A stretch of 63,988 bases of DNA, filler included, from Octopus bimaculoides (GCF_001194135.2; 6 parts of 6 records of this genome joined end to end with filler, not necessarily neighbours in it); one strand, 5' to 3'. Counted from the whole stretch's first letter, positions 1 to 10,809 are shown. Numbers and translations are program-made. The notes: generated by a model from the letters alone, not told the origin.

Positions 1-67
1 CATGACAGCAGTCAAATGACTAAAACAAATATACGAGTAAAAGTGTAAAGAGGGAATATAATTATAA

Positions 68-400
68 TTAAGAGCACGGTGGCACGTAAAAAGCACTATC
101 CGAACGTGATCGACGCCTGGACCGCCTGACTAGCCCCCATGCTGGTGGCACGTAAAAAGCTCTATCCGAACGTGATCGATGCCAGGCTCGCCTGACTGAC
201 TCCTGTGCCGGTGGAACGTAAAAAGCACCCACTACACTCTGGGAGTGGTTGGCGTTAGGAAGGGCATCCAGCTGTAGAAACATTGCCAGATCAGATTGGA
301 ACCTGGTGCGACTGCTGGCTCTCCAAACTTCAGTTAAACCGGCCAACCCATGTGGGCATGGAAAACGGGCGTTAAACAATGATGATGAGGATGATGATGA
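68..400 (+). mobile_element. SINE-like element, family D (internal 66-bp tandem units, ggcgttaggaagggcatccagctgtagaaa domain, (GAT)n tail)
   Basis: The central domain and GAT tail recur at 4661-4885 (+) and 54554-54735 (-). Confidence 0.7.
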
Positions 401-433
401 TGTATGTGTTTGTGTGTGTTTGTGTGTGTGTGT

Positions 434-765
434 GGAGGCGCAATGGCCCAGTGGTTAGGGCAGTGGACTCGCGGTCGTAGGATCGCGGTTTCGGTTACCA
501 GACCAGGCATTGTGGTTGTTTAATGAGCGAAAACGCACAAAGCTAAACGAGGCTCCGGCTTCTCTCACTCTTTCTTCCTGTTTGTGTTGTGCCTGTATTT
601 CAAAGGGCCAGCCTTGTCACACACTGTGTCACGCTGAATCTCCCCGAGAACTACGTTAAGGGTACACGTGTCTGTGGAGTGCTCAGCCATGTTAATTTCA
701 TGAGCAGGCCGTTCCGTTGATTGGACCAACTGGAACCCTCGTCGTTGTAACTGATGTAGTGCCAT
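434..765 (+). mobile_element. tRNA-derived SINE, family E
   Basis: Head ggaggcgcaatggcccagtggttagggcag with A/B-box-like motifs. The body ...gagaactacgttaagggtacacgtgtctgtggagtgctcagcca recurs at 4400-4560, 16488-16854, 28679-28812 and 56480-56640. Confidence 0.85.
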
Positions 766-776
766 CTGTAAAAATA

Positions 777-1002
777 TGTGACACTAATTCGGTAGCCATG
801 ATAAAACACCGAGATTCGGATGCCGGAGTTTTATCATGACTACCGAATAAGTACATTATTTACATTATTTACATTTGACGGATATTTGTCCTGATCAACA
901 AACAAGATGAGGACAAATATCCGTCAAATGTAAATAATGTAAATAATGTAAATAATTCCTCATCTCTTAAATATAGAACTGTATTACCGAATAAGTGTCA
1001 CA
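777..1002. mobile_element. Palindromic MITE interrupted in its right TIR
   Basis: Outer TIR tgtgacactaattcggta / taccgaataagtgtcaca (1 mismatch) and 21-bp inner inverted arms at 787-807/828-848. The same terminus recurs near 14551-14570. Confidence 0.7.
853..984. mobile_element. Retroelement-end insertion with an inverted 5' piece (Penelope-like configuration)
   Basis: Flanked by the 12-bp direct repeat taccgaataagt (841-852, 985-996). Perfect 40-bp inverted arms at 853-892/910-949. The terminal aattcctcatctcttaaatatagaactgta matches the reverse complement of 36679-36712. The Penelope assignment is inference. Confidence 0.6.
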
Positions 1003-1115
1003 CATTTTTACAGATAAATTCCTCTGTTTAAATAATATCGAGGTCTCTTTCTTTCTGTTGTTGTCCTTCCTATCAATATATATATACACACACATATGTA
1101 CATACATACACACAA

Positions 1116-1275
1116 CGGGTTTCTTTCAGTTTCCGCCTACGAAATCCACTCAGAAGGCTTTGGTCAGCCTGAGGTTATAGTAGGAGACGCTTGCCCAAGG
1201 TGACACATAGTGGGACTGAACCTGAAACCATGTGGTTGGGAAGCGAGCTTCTTACCACACAGACACTCCTGTGCC
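1116..1275 (-). mobile_element. SINE family A, 5' part
   Basis: Matches the head and CORE-like segment of the full copy at 48630-49026. Confidence 0.85.
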
Positions 1276-1335
1276 TGCCTATTAAGTCAAGTTTTATTTT
1301 TGAAATATAGTCTTTTTATTCTTTTATTTTATCAG

Positions 1336-1638
1336 ACCCCAGGACTGATTCTTTATAAGCCTAGTACTTATTCTATAGGTTTCTTTTGCTGCACCACTAA
1401 GTTATGGGGATGTAAACACACCAGCATCGGTTGTCAAGCAATGTTGGGGGACAAACATACATACACACACACACACACACGACGGGCTTCTTTCAGTTTC
1501 CGTCTACCAAATCTACTTACAAGGATGTGGTTGGCCCGAGGCTATAGTAGAAGATAGTTGCCCAAGGTGTTACACAGTAGAACTGAACCCGGAACCACAT
1601 AGTTGGTAAGCAAGCTACTTACCACACAGCCACTCCTG
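1336..1638 (-). mobile_element. SINE family A, near full length
   Basis: Head, CORE-like part, internal (CA)n and 3' module match other copies. Confidence 0.85.
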
Positions 1639-2622
1639 TTCTGAATTTGCTGCAAAAAGTGGCCTATGTTTGTGGGGATGAGTGAGGTGCGAGGCAGGGG
1701 TGTGCTAGGAATGTGGCCTGGGGCCAAGGGGGTGGCAGCCAAAAATGTCTGGCAACCACTGATTTGTACTAATTAATGTACAAATGCGTACTTGTATTTC
1801 ATTTTATTACGTAAGTAAATTTAATATTTGTTTAATTTTTTTCACTGAGCCCAACATTGCCTTTCACCATTTTGAAGCTGATAAAATAGGTACCAGTTTG
1901 ATTTCTGGAAGCAAAGTTTCCAGAAATTCTGTCCAGAAAATTTGCACAATGGAATCCGGATCATCAAATGTATATGACTTAAAGAATCCAAAATCTGCTG
2001 ATTTTTAAGTGTGTATTTTTTTCTTTCTTTCTTCTTTTTTTTTTTTTTCATTTACTGAAAATATAAAGAAATATAAAAAAATTTAAGTTTCAGGAAATAT
2101 TGAAGATGTCAGAAGCATTGAATTTGACAGTTCACTTATAAAGTAATGAGTGTTTAAACATTTCTGGGAAGCTGCTTATGGAACAAGTCAAGTATCTTTT
2201 ACTATAATTCCACGCCAAGAAGCCGAGCAAAGCCATGTGAGTGGATTTGGTAGACAGAAACAGAAACAAACCTGACGTATAATATGAATAAATATATAAT
2301 ATATCGTTGCTATTATGCAAAAATGTCGTAAGTTCAAAACGTTGCTTTTTCAGAAAATGATAAAATAGTTTCACCACTCCATAGCAAAAATGTACTACAC
2401 TTTGACATTTTTTGATATCTTGGCATGTGAAGCAACAGGAGATACGATAGTTTGACCAAAAGAAATGGCTATTGCAAGCAAAAATAAATATTGACAAAAA
2501 CGCATTTGGTCAACTTTGGACATACGACAGTTTAACATAATAGCAGCGATATATATTGTAATATACACGTCAAACTTCTTTATGTGTGTGTGTGTCTACA
2601 TACACTGACACTCACACATAAA

Positions 2623-2828
2623 CGAGGGGGTGCTGGAAAGTTCCTGGCTTTGGGTAAAAGAAAATACAGGAGGATCAGTTGATTACGATTTTATTCAACA
2701 TATTCCCTGCTCAGATTCACACACTTATTGCAGTTTTTCTAAGACCTGCAAAAGAAATCGGAAGGTTGGGCATCCAACCAGGTCTTTCGCGATATTCTTA
2801 AAACCAGGAACTTTTCAGCACTTCCTCG
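2623..2828. mobile_element. Mariner-derived MITE
   Basis: TIRs cgagggggtgctggaaagttcctgg / ccaggaacttttcagcacttcctcg followed by TA. A second, partial copy lies at 52003-52165. Confidence 0.8.
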
Positions 2829-2860
2829 TATATATGCTTTATACATACATACACACACAT

Positions 2861-2893
<33 letters not shown>

Positions 2894-2894
2894 A

Positions 2895-2945
<51 letters not shown>

Positions 2946-4149
2946 GATATAATTATAACACGATATAACACTAATCAAGGCTCTTTTTTAATTTTTACCT
3001 TTTTACTTTATTCCACTATTTTTATATTATTTTATTTTTTATTTTATTTANNNNNNNNNNNNNNNNNNNNNNNNNNNNNNNNNNNNNNNNNNNNNNNNNN
3101 NNNNNNNNNNNNNNNNNNNNNNNNNNNNNNNNNNNNNNNNNNNNNNNNNNNNNNNNNNNNNNNNNNNNNNNNNNNNNNNNNNNNNNNNNNNNNNNNNNNN
3201 NNNNNNNNNNNNNNNNNNNNNNNNNNNNNNNNNNNNNNNNNNNNNNNNNNNNNNNNNNNNNNNNNNNNNNNNNNNNNNNNNNNNNNNNNNNNNNNNNNNN
3301 NNNNNNNNNNNNNNNNNNNNNNNNNNNNNNNNNNNNNNNNNNNNNNNNNNNNNNNNNNNNNNNNNNNNNNNNNNNNNNNNNNNNNNNNNNNNNNNNNNNN
3401 NNNNNNNNNNNNNNNNNNNNNNNNNNNNNNNNNNNNNNNNNNNNNNNNNNNNNNNNNNNNNNNNNNNNNNNNNNNNNNNNNNNNNNNNNNNNNNNNNNNN
3501 NNNNNNNNNNNNNNNNNNNNNNNNNNNNNNNNNNNNNNNNNNNNNNNNNNNNNNNNNNNNNNNNNNNNNNNNNNNNNNNNNNNNNNNNNNNNNNNNNNNN
3601 NNNNNNNNNNNNNNNNNNNNNNNNNNNNNNNNNNNNNNNNNNNNNNNNNNNNNNNNNNNNNNNNNNNNNNNNNNNNNNNNNNNNNNNNNNNNNNNNNNNN
3701 NNNNNNNNNNNNNNNNNNNNNNNNNNNNNNNNNNNNNNNNNNNNNNNNNNNNNNATCCAGATTTTCTCTTATTGTTTCTTAGATTACCCACCCCACCGAT
3801 TTGACTCCTTTTATGTTTTACTTTATTTTAGTTTTATTTTTGTATGAATATCTGTATTATTTTTTCTTCTTAGTATTTTATATTCCTATTTTATTTTATA
3901 TTATTATTTCATTTTTGTTATTTTATTTTATTGTATTGTTTTTAACCACCAACTTAACACTACACACTGAATTGTGGCAAGGTATGGACGGATTCCGGAG
4001 TACCGAGAAAATTATGTATAAATATATCAAATTAAGAATTCTACGAGGTATAGCACAATACAAAATACCAAACGGAACCTCACCTCTTATATCTCATCTT
4101 TCTTCCTCCTTTAACGCCTATGTGATATAATTCTTGGGAGAGAATACAT

Positions 4150-4227
4150 TTGCGGCTGAAGATAGCTTTATATTATCAATAATACACTGATGTAACAACT
4201 ATAAAGCTTGAAACACGTGTACCGCAG
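4150..4227 (+). ncRNA. Minimal type-I hammerhead-ribozyme-like motif (Penelope/retrozyme type), possibly decayed
   Basis: Stem I ttgcgg(4150-55)/ccgcag(4222-27); core CTGAAGA(4156-62); stem II agctttata(4164-72)/tataaagct(4200-08); GAAA(4210-13); helix III C-acgt-G with palindromic loop; GTA cleavage triplet (4219-21). There is a U.U mismatch at the base of stem II. Confidence 0.6.
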
Positions 4228-4294
4228 AATCCTTTGTGTTTTTGTTTTTATTTTTGCATTTACAATTTATATATATATATATTATATATATATA

Positions 4295-4560
4295 AGGGCA
4301 TTCGGCTCACGATCGTAAGGTCACGAGTTCAATTCCCGGCGATGCGTTGTGTCCTTGAGGAAGACACTTTATTGCACGTTGCTGCAGTCCACTCAGCTAC
4401 CACCTGTATTTCAAAGGGTCACACTTGTGTCACGTGGAATCTATCTGAGAACTACGTTAAGGGTACACGTGTCTGTAGAGTGCTCAGCCACTTGCACGAT
4501 AATTTCACGAACAAGCCGTACCGTTGATCGTATCAGCTGGGACCCTCGTCGTCGTAACTG
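4295..4560 (+). mobile_element. SINE with family-B head/CORE-like part and family-E tail
   Basis: Head ...cacgatcgtaaggtcacgagttcaattcccggc...gtccttgaggaagacactt, then the E-type tail cctgtatttcaaagggtcacacttgtgtcac...gtcgtaac. Confidence 0.8.
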
Positions 4561-4660
4561 TGCTCCTATGTACACACACACACACACACACACATACGTC
4601 GCGCGCGTGTGTGCTACTGTCTCCTTGCTTTGATGTTGCGATAGTTGTAACCAACTATTA

Positions 4661-4885
4661 CATGATGTCATCGTCATGTAAGCAGTGTCCTTCATTTCCA
4701 GTCGTCTGTGAAAACATGTCCGATCATGGGAGGTGGAGGGGGGGGGAATATAACCTTACTTGGAAACAAGTGAGGGTTAGCAACTGGAAGAGCATCAAAC
4801 TGTAAAAATCCATCTGAACAAATTCTGACAGACCCGTGCTTGCATGGAAAAATGGGTGTAAAGAGATTGATGATGAGGAGGAGGA
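4661..4885 (+). mobile_element. Family-D-related SINE relic
   Basis: Shares the actggaagagcatcaaactgtaaaaa domain and the gatgatgagg tail with 68-400. Confidence 0.55.
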
Positions 4886-5159
4886 TGGCTATACAATATT
4901 CAAAGCATAGATGTGAACAGCAATGCCCCATGATCTCCTTTTTCTTACTGGACACTTTTTCAACTTTCACTTGCTACAGTTCAGTAAAACTAAACACACG
5001 ACACATACATATGCATAAATACCCACACACAACAAGTTCAGAGGCTGTCATTGCTGCATATCTGGAAATAACCACAAATTCTGGCAATATCTTTTAAATT
5101 ATACTTTTGTTTATTGTTTCTAGTTCATAGATTATCTTTTATCATTAATCTTTTTTTTT

Positions 5160-5495
5160 TTTATCTTTTACCTGTTTCGGTCATTAGACTGCGGCCATGC
5201 TGAGGCACTGCCTTGATTTTGTAGTCGAATGAATCGACCCAAGTACTTATTTTTTAAGCCTGGTATTTATTCTTTCGGCGTCTTTTGTCGAACCGCTAAG
5301 TTACGGGGACGTAAACACACCAACACTGGTTGTGAACTGGTGACGTGGGGGATCACACGCGCGCGCGCATACATACACACATATCTGATGGGCTTCTTTC
5401 AGTTTCCGTCTACCAAATCCACTCACAAAACTTTGGTCGGCCCGAGGCTATAGCAGAAGACACTTACCCAAGGTGCCACGCAGTGGGACTGAACC
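5160..5495 (-). mobile_element. SINE family A (lacking the first part of the head)
   Basis: Matches other family A copies in the window. Confidence 0.85.
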
Positions 5496-5535
5496 TAATG
5501 TTTAGTATTGTTTATTTTCCTAATGCATCTCCATG

Positions 5536-5692
5536 ACTTAGCGGTTTGGCAAAAGAGAGTGACAGAATTAATACCAGGCTGAAATAAAGAAATACTGGGG
5601 TCGATACATTCGACTAAAAATTCTTCAAGGTGGTGCGTCAGCATGGCCATAGTCAAATGACTGAAACAAGTAAAAGATAAAAAATACTCTTA
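5536..5692 (+). mobile_element. SINE family A, 3' module
   Basis: acttagcggtttggcaaaagag...agtcaaatgactgaaacaagtaaaag; inverted relative to the neighbouring copy. Confidence 0.8.
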
Positions 5693-5850
5693 CATACACT
5701 ATTAAATAGCTAGGCTAAAAATTCCTAGGTGTCCTTTCCACACACAGGTACACGTTTATGCTCTGTTGACTCATCCCGCCTTGTTCATAACTGTTTACTT
5801 CCGTTTCCACTTCAAATGAGCATTAAATTTCAACTTCAAATAAACTCTCA

Positions 5851-6071
5851 CCCTTTATTATTTAAACTGGTCATATCCGGCCCACCTGCTCCACCTGTTT
5901 TATGTTCAGACTAGCCAGATCTGGCCTCTCAAATGTTTCCTACAATATCATCTTAAGAATAAAACAATCACATCATCGAACTCTTGAAGCTGTAAGATAA
6001 TGCATGATTAATTCGAAACAAAGCGAATAGATAAGCATTACATTTGACTGAGTAACCTGAATGACAAAAGG
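5851..6071. mobile_element. Possible piggyBac-type MITE (degenerate)
   Basis: Begins ccctttatta and ends aatgacaaaagg followed by TTAA. CCC...GG termini with TTAA are piggyBac-like; the left TSD is not intact. Confidence 0.4.
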
Positions 6072-6086
6072 TTAAATGACCTTTGT

Positions 6087-6400
6087 GAAGGCGTATGGCT
6101 CATTGATTAGAGCAATCGGGCTCACAATCATGAGATAGTGAGCTTGACTCCTGGACTGGGCTGTGTATTGTTCTTGAGCAAGACACTTTATTTCACGTTG
6201 CTCCACTTCACTCAGCTGTAGATATGAGTTGCGACGTCACTGGTGCCAAGCTGTATCGGCCTTTGCCTTTCCTTTGGATAACATCGGTGGCATGAAGAAG
6301 GGAGGCTGATATGCATGGGCGAATGCTGGTCTTCCATAAACAACCTTGCCCAGACTTGAGCTTCGGAGGGGAACTTTCTAGCTGCAAAAGGGGGTCTTTA
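6087..6400 (+). mobile_element. tRNA-derived SINE, family B2
   Basis: Head gaaggcgtatggctc, CORE-like ttcttgagcaagacactttatttcacgttgctcc, tail ...ggggtcttta; homologous to 9354-9699 and 54016-54395. Confidence 0.85.
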
Positions 6401-6687
6401 TCTAAATTATCTTTTGGTTTCAAATATAAGTAATATGCATTGAGACATATTCCCAAATACTTGTACATTCCTGTTTTACTTCTAATAAACTATTATTTGT
6501 AGAATCTCTACATCTCTTGAAAGACCTTTTGAATTCCCATTGTTTGAATAAACTTCGAGAGTCCACATTTGAAGCTATAGTCAATCCATATATGTTGCAT
6601 AAATGCAACTTTGGCATTGGTGTTCTGTTCTTCACTAAACGTTTGTTGTTATTTGTCACTTAATCTTAATGCGCGCGCGCACACACA

Positions 6688-6738
<51 letters not shown>

Positions 6739-7109
6739 ACTCAAACACACACACACACACACACAGCCATCTGTGTATCACACCTGATATTTACACATGT
6801 CTGAAAGGAATGATGTTGTAGGTTTTTTTTTCTAGGAGAAAATCTCTTTTGAAGACATGTTGCGTTTAATATACAGTGTATACTGGAGTGAGGTAAGTAT
6901 CGTACCCGCAATGAATCACTAGAATGTCAGATAGATTTTAGTATTCTTGAGCTTTGTCAATAACATGAACCCAGTTGTCACATAGCAAACAGTAAATAAT
7001 ACATTCACTGTTACTGTGGAAGGGCTGCCAAGCTGATACAAACACTCACAGCCACACACACACACACACACACACTATTGGATGGCCGTTGACTCTACTG
7101 AGCTCTTCT

Positions 7110-7290
7110 GCCCTGAGATTCAACGACATCATAAGAACCATTAAGGAGAAGAAATATAGATGGGCTGGCCATATCACGTGTCTGGAGGACAACAAATGGA
7201 CAATCAGGGTGGTGGAATGGACACCAAGACAATGGACAAGATAAAAAAGCTGACCAAAGACAAGATGATCTCATCCACTACCTGAGGTTA
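7110..7290 (+). mobile_element. RTE-clade LINE C-terminal fragment (decayed)
   Basis: Translates FNDIIRTIKEKKYRWAGHITCLEDNKWTIRVVEWTPRQWTR, matching the RWAGHxxRxxDxRWxxxxxEWxPR post-RT motif of RTE elements. Confidence 0.75.
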
Positions 7291-7399
7291 CATGACCAAG
7301 ACTGTCCAGAGACTGACAATGATGAAAAAAGTCCAGGGAGAAGTTCCTGTAGAAATTATGAAGTCCTGGATATGGATAGACAATCACGTCTGTTTTGTC

Positions 7400-7870
7400 C
7401 TGCCGCTCGGTCAGTTAAGATTTTTTCCCCTCTTCCTTGCACTAGCTTACTACACTCGTCTGATAGTCGAAAGACCCTGTTAGTTTAGTTTTCTTTTCTT
7501 TTTGTTGTGATTGTATAATTATTTTCCTTTTGTTGTATAGCCGAAAGGCGCTTGTCCATTGTATATGTATACTTCTATTTCATATATTACGTTCGTCCGA
7601 TAGTCGAAAGACCCTTTCTGTTGTTTACTTATTTGTTTTCGTAAATGTACATTCGTTTGCGTTGTCCAGGGGCTTAATGCTTTTAGCTTGAGTTCTTAGC
7701 CCAGGGAGTTTCGAGTAGTATCGGAAATAAATGGACGATACTACGTGGACATTCCGGATTTCGACTGAAGAAGCAATTGGCTGCGAATGATCCGTGTATC
7801 TTTGTTTGTCTTGTTTGCCGTTGTCACGTTTTCATCCTTTTCCAGTATGTTGTGTTTTGACGGTTTCCGT
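7400..7870. repeat. Unclassified interspersed repeat, related to 39560-39990
   Basis: Shared motifs tagtcgaaagac, atgct(t/c)ttagctt and tcgactgaagaa...cgaatga occur in the same order in both regions. Confidence 0.45.
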
Positions 7871-8871
7871 GTGTTGTGTTTTTCACGGGACATAAACACA
7901 CCAGCATCGGTTGTCAAGCGATGGCGGGAGGACAAACATAGACACACAAATACATACATTCATATATATNNNNNNNNNNNNNNNNNNNNNNNNNNNNNNN
8001 NNNNNNNNNNNNNNNNNNNNNNNNNNNNNNNNNNNNNNNNNNNNNNNNNNNNNNNNNNNNNNNNNATATATATATGTAGTGGATCTTGCATGCATGAAGT
8101 GGATTCGATCCACCATAGCCAAATTTAAATCAACACTGCAACAGAACTTTTCTCACTGTGGAACAATAGTTTTTCTCTGACAGCAGTTTAATATTTTCCA
8201 GATGCCTTTAGCTAGGCCGAAACAATGTCTTCACCACTTGACCCTTTCTAACCTCCCCTACATCAACAAAATCTAGAATAGAGATAACAAGACCATCAGC
8301 TAAATCTATTGTTCTCAATAATATATCTATCCTTCTGGATTGTTATAAAAGCAAGGAAATCCCAAGAAAAATTTAGTCTAGTCACCAGTCAGTGACGACT
8401 CAACCAGTGCAGTCACATGGTGACAACTCAATGAGAACGAAGTCTGGCTGACCAGTTAGAACCTTGGCTAGAGGGGAAAATGAAGTTTACTGCCAGCAAC
8501 TGTGAGACAACGTCGCATACCCTACAACTATCTGTTTACTCCTACAAGATTATGTACACACATATACAGGCCGAAATTAACTTTCTTTACCTTGCATGCT
8601 TTACGAACTGTGTTATACTATTACACTAACCTACCCGTCGTGGTATGGCATTTATTAAAGTAACGGTAAATAAATATTTCTTTACAACTTCGATCACTGT
8701 TCATCGTACAACCGTTACAATTGGCAACCCACATCGCTACACAAACAAAAACAGTTATCGTTACAATTGGTAACCTCCGACTCTATCATATACCGTTACA
8801 ATTGGTGACCCTCGACTACTACAATAAAAAATACTACCCCCCCCCACAAAAACCGTTACATATATATACAC

Positions 8872-9030
8872 ATGATGGGATTCTTCCAATTTTTCGTCTA
8901 TCAAATGCACTCACAAGGCTTTGGTCGACCCCAGGCTATGGTAGAAGACACTTGCCCAATGTGCCATGCAGTGGGACTGAAGCCAGAATCATGTGGTTGG
9001 GAGGCAAGCTTCTCACCACACAGCCATACC
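8872..9030 (-). mobile_element. SINE family A, 5' part
   Basis: Matches the head and CORE-like part of the other copies. Confidence 0.8.
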
Positions 9031-9353
9031 CAGAATTTCTTTATAATCCATTCTTAAATAACAAGCAGGAACTTCAGTTTCTTGTGGTCGCCAATCTAGT
9101 TTACAAATACCTTGCATAGACTAGTATATTGCTCAATACAAAAATGAAATTCGCTTCATTTATACTAATATACAGGTACTTGTATTTCATTTGATTGTCT
9201 GAGTAAATTTAACACTTTTTTAAAAGTAATAAGTAAGAGACCACTTTAATTAAGAGGTGGTTCGGAAAAATCAGGAATCTAGAAAAACTTTGGAGATGAA
9301 GGGTTTCGAAAATCACTGGCGTATTCAAATATATATGATTCAAAAATATATAT

Positions 9354-9699
9354 GAAGGCGCATGGCTCAGTGGTTAGAGCGTCGATCTTACGACCATGAG
9401 GTTGTGAGTTCGAATCCCGGACCGGACTGCGTGTTATGCTCTTGTCTTGAGCAAGACACTTTATTTCACGTTGCTCCACCTCACTCGCCTGTAGAAATGA
9501 GCTGCGACGTCACTGATGCCAAGCTGTATCGGCCTTTGCCTTTCCCTTGGATAAAATCGGTGGCGTGACGTGGAGAGGGGAGGCTGGTATGCATGGGAGA
9601 CTGTTGGTCTTCTATAAAATAACCTTGCCCGGACTTGTGCCTTGGAGGGTAACTTTCTAGGTGCAATTCCATGGTCATTCGTGACCGAAGGGGGTTTCC
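9354..9699 (+). mobile_element. SINE family B2, full length
   Basis: Intact A box (tggctcagtgg) and B box (gagttcgaatcc); homologous to 6087-6400. Confidence 0.9.
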
Positions 9700-9727
9700 G
9701 ATGGTATAGTCAGGGTAGGGTCTAGAC

Positions 9728-10450
9728 CAGGGGTGGGAAAAACCCCGCCCGCGAGCCCGTTTTATTTTGCCTGATATACTCATATGTACGAAATATAATA
9801 AATTTTTCAATCCTAAAATTCATACAATATTCGTATTTGCGACAGAAGTCGCGTTTCCACTACAACATAATATGGTCAGAAATCGTCTGGTAATTGCCAT
9901 TTGAATGAAAATTTTGTTTTCATTATAAAACACATATTGCTAGGTTCGTACCACCCGCCTGAGACCCAACTACACTTTAGCTGAAAAATAAAGAATACCT
10001 CATAAGTAATATAAACATTCTAAATTCAGTGGCGGCGTTAATGAGGATGTTACGCATTAATTTAATGTGTTTAACTTATCTTTATTAATGTATATCAAAT
10101 CATACATAGATATATACAAGATTTACACAGATATAAGAGTTAAGGCGGCGAGCTGGCAGAATCGTTAGCACGCCGGGCGAAATGCTTAGCCGTATTTCGT
10201 CTGCCGTTACGTTCTGAGTTTAAATTCCGCCGAGGTCGACTTTGTCTTTCATCCTTTCGGGGTCGATAAATTAAGTACCAGTTATGCACTGGGGTCGATG
10301 TAATCGACCCTTTGTCTGTCCTTGTTTGTCCCTTCTATGTTTAGCCCCTTGTGGGCAATAAAGAAATAAGAGTTAGAACCTGTGATCCGTCCGCGGACTT
10401 TTCTCTTAGGAAATTTTTGCCCGCCGCACTAAAAAGTTTCCCCACCCCTG
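9728..10450. mobile_element. Non-autonomous hAT (Charlie-like) element
   Basis: TIRs caggggtgggaaa / tttcccacccctg and a perfect 8-bp TSD gtctagac (9720-27, 10451-58). Confidence 0.9.
10144..10370 (+). mobile_element. SINE family C (central domain resembles the Meta/Sauria-SINE domain), nested in the hAT element
   Basis: ggcggcgagctggcagaatcgttagc head and gaggtcgactttgtctttcatcctttcggggtcgataaattaagtacc domain; more than 8 further copies in the window. Confidence 0.9.
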
Positions 10451-10665
10451 GTCTAGACAAACAACCGCCTCAGATTATGGATTTCATTCTTGGTTTTTAT
10501 CCCTCTACTCGAGTATGTCGGTGGTCTCTTCCGCCTGTGTATGGCAATGCTTCGTCATGGATTTAAAAAACAAACAAATAAAACAATCTACTGCTTTAGG
10601 ACATTCGTATTTATGCTTAGACGTTTAGGAAAACGTGTTATTTCATTTTTGTCATACAATTGTTA

Positions 10666-10809
10666 TCACTGAAAATTGTTGGACTTCACCTCATGCAGCA
10701 GTGCTTTTTCCATGGTCAGCTTTATGTTGGTTGTTCCAGAGTTGGAAATGGCAACAATCTCTTCATACCCACACCAAATGGTAAAACCAAGAATGTTATT
10801 TACCCGTGA
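10666..10809 (+). mobile_element. Helitron RepHel Pif1-helicase C-terminal fragment
   Basis: Translates SLKIVGLHLMQQCFFHGQLYVGCSRVGNGNNLFIPTPNGKTKNVIYP*, matching the CFSHGQLYVAxSRV...GKTKNVVY end of Helitron helicases. Confidence 0.85.

Noticed and set aside
1860-2520. Coding-like patches (HHFEADKIG..., NIEDVRSIEFDSSLIK, VQNVAFSENDKIV...)
   Set aside because: Multiple stops, no consistent frame or strand, and no recognisable family.
8714-8815. Repeat-spacer pattern resembling a mini CRISPR array
   Set aside because: Eukaryotic context, only three degenerate short repeats, uneven spacing (46 and 35 nt) and no cas genes. An LTR-end/PBS explanation fits better.
9354-9430. tRNA-like sequences (also 434-510, 6087-6165, 48630-48700)
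   Set aside because: They have A/B boxes but no complete cloverleaf and run straight into SINE bodies. These are SINE heads, not tRNA genes.
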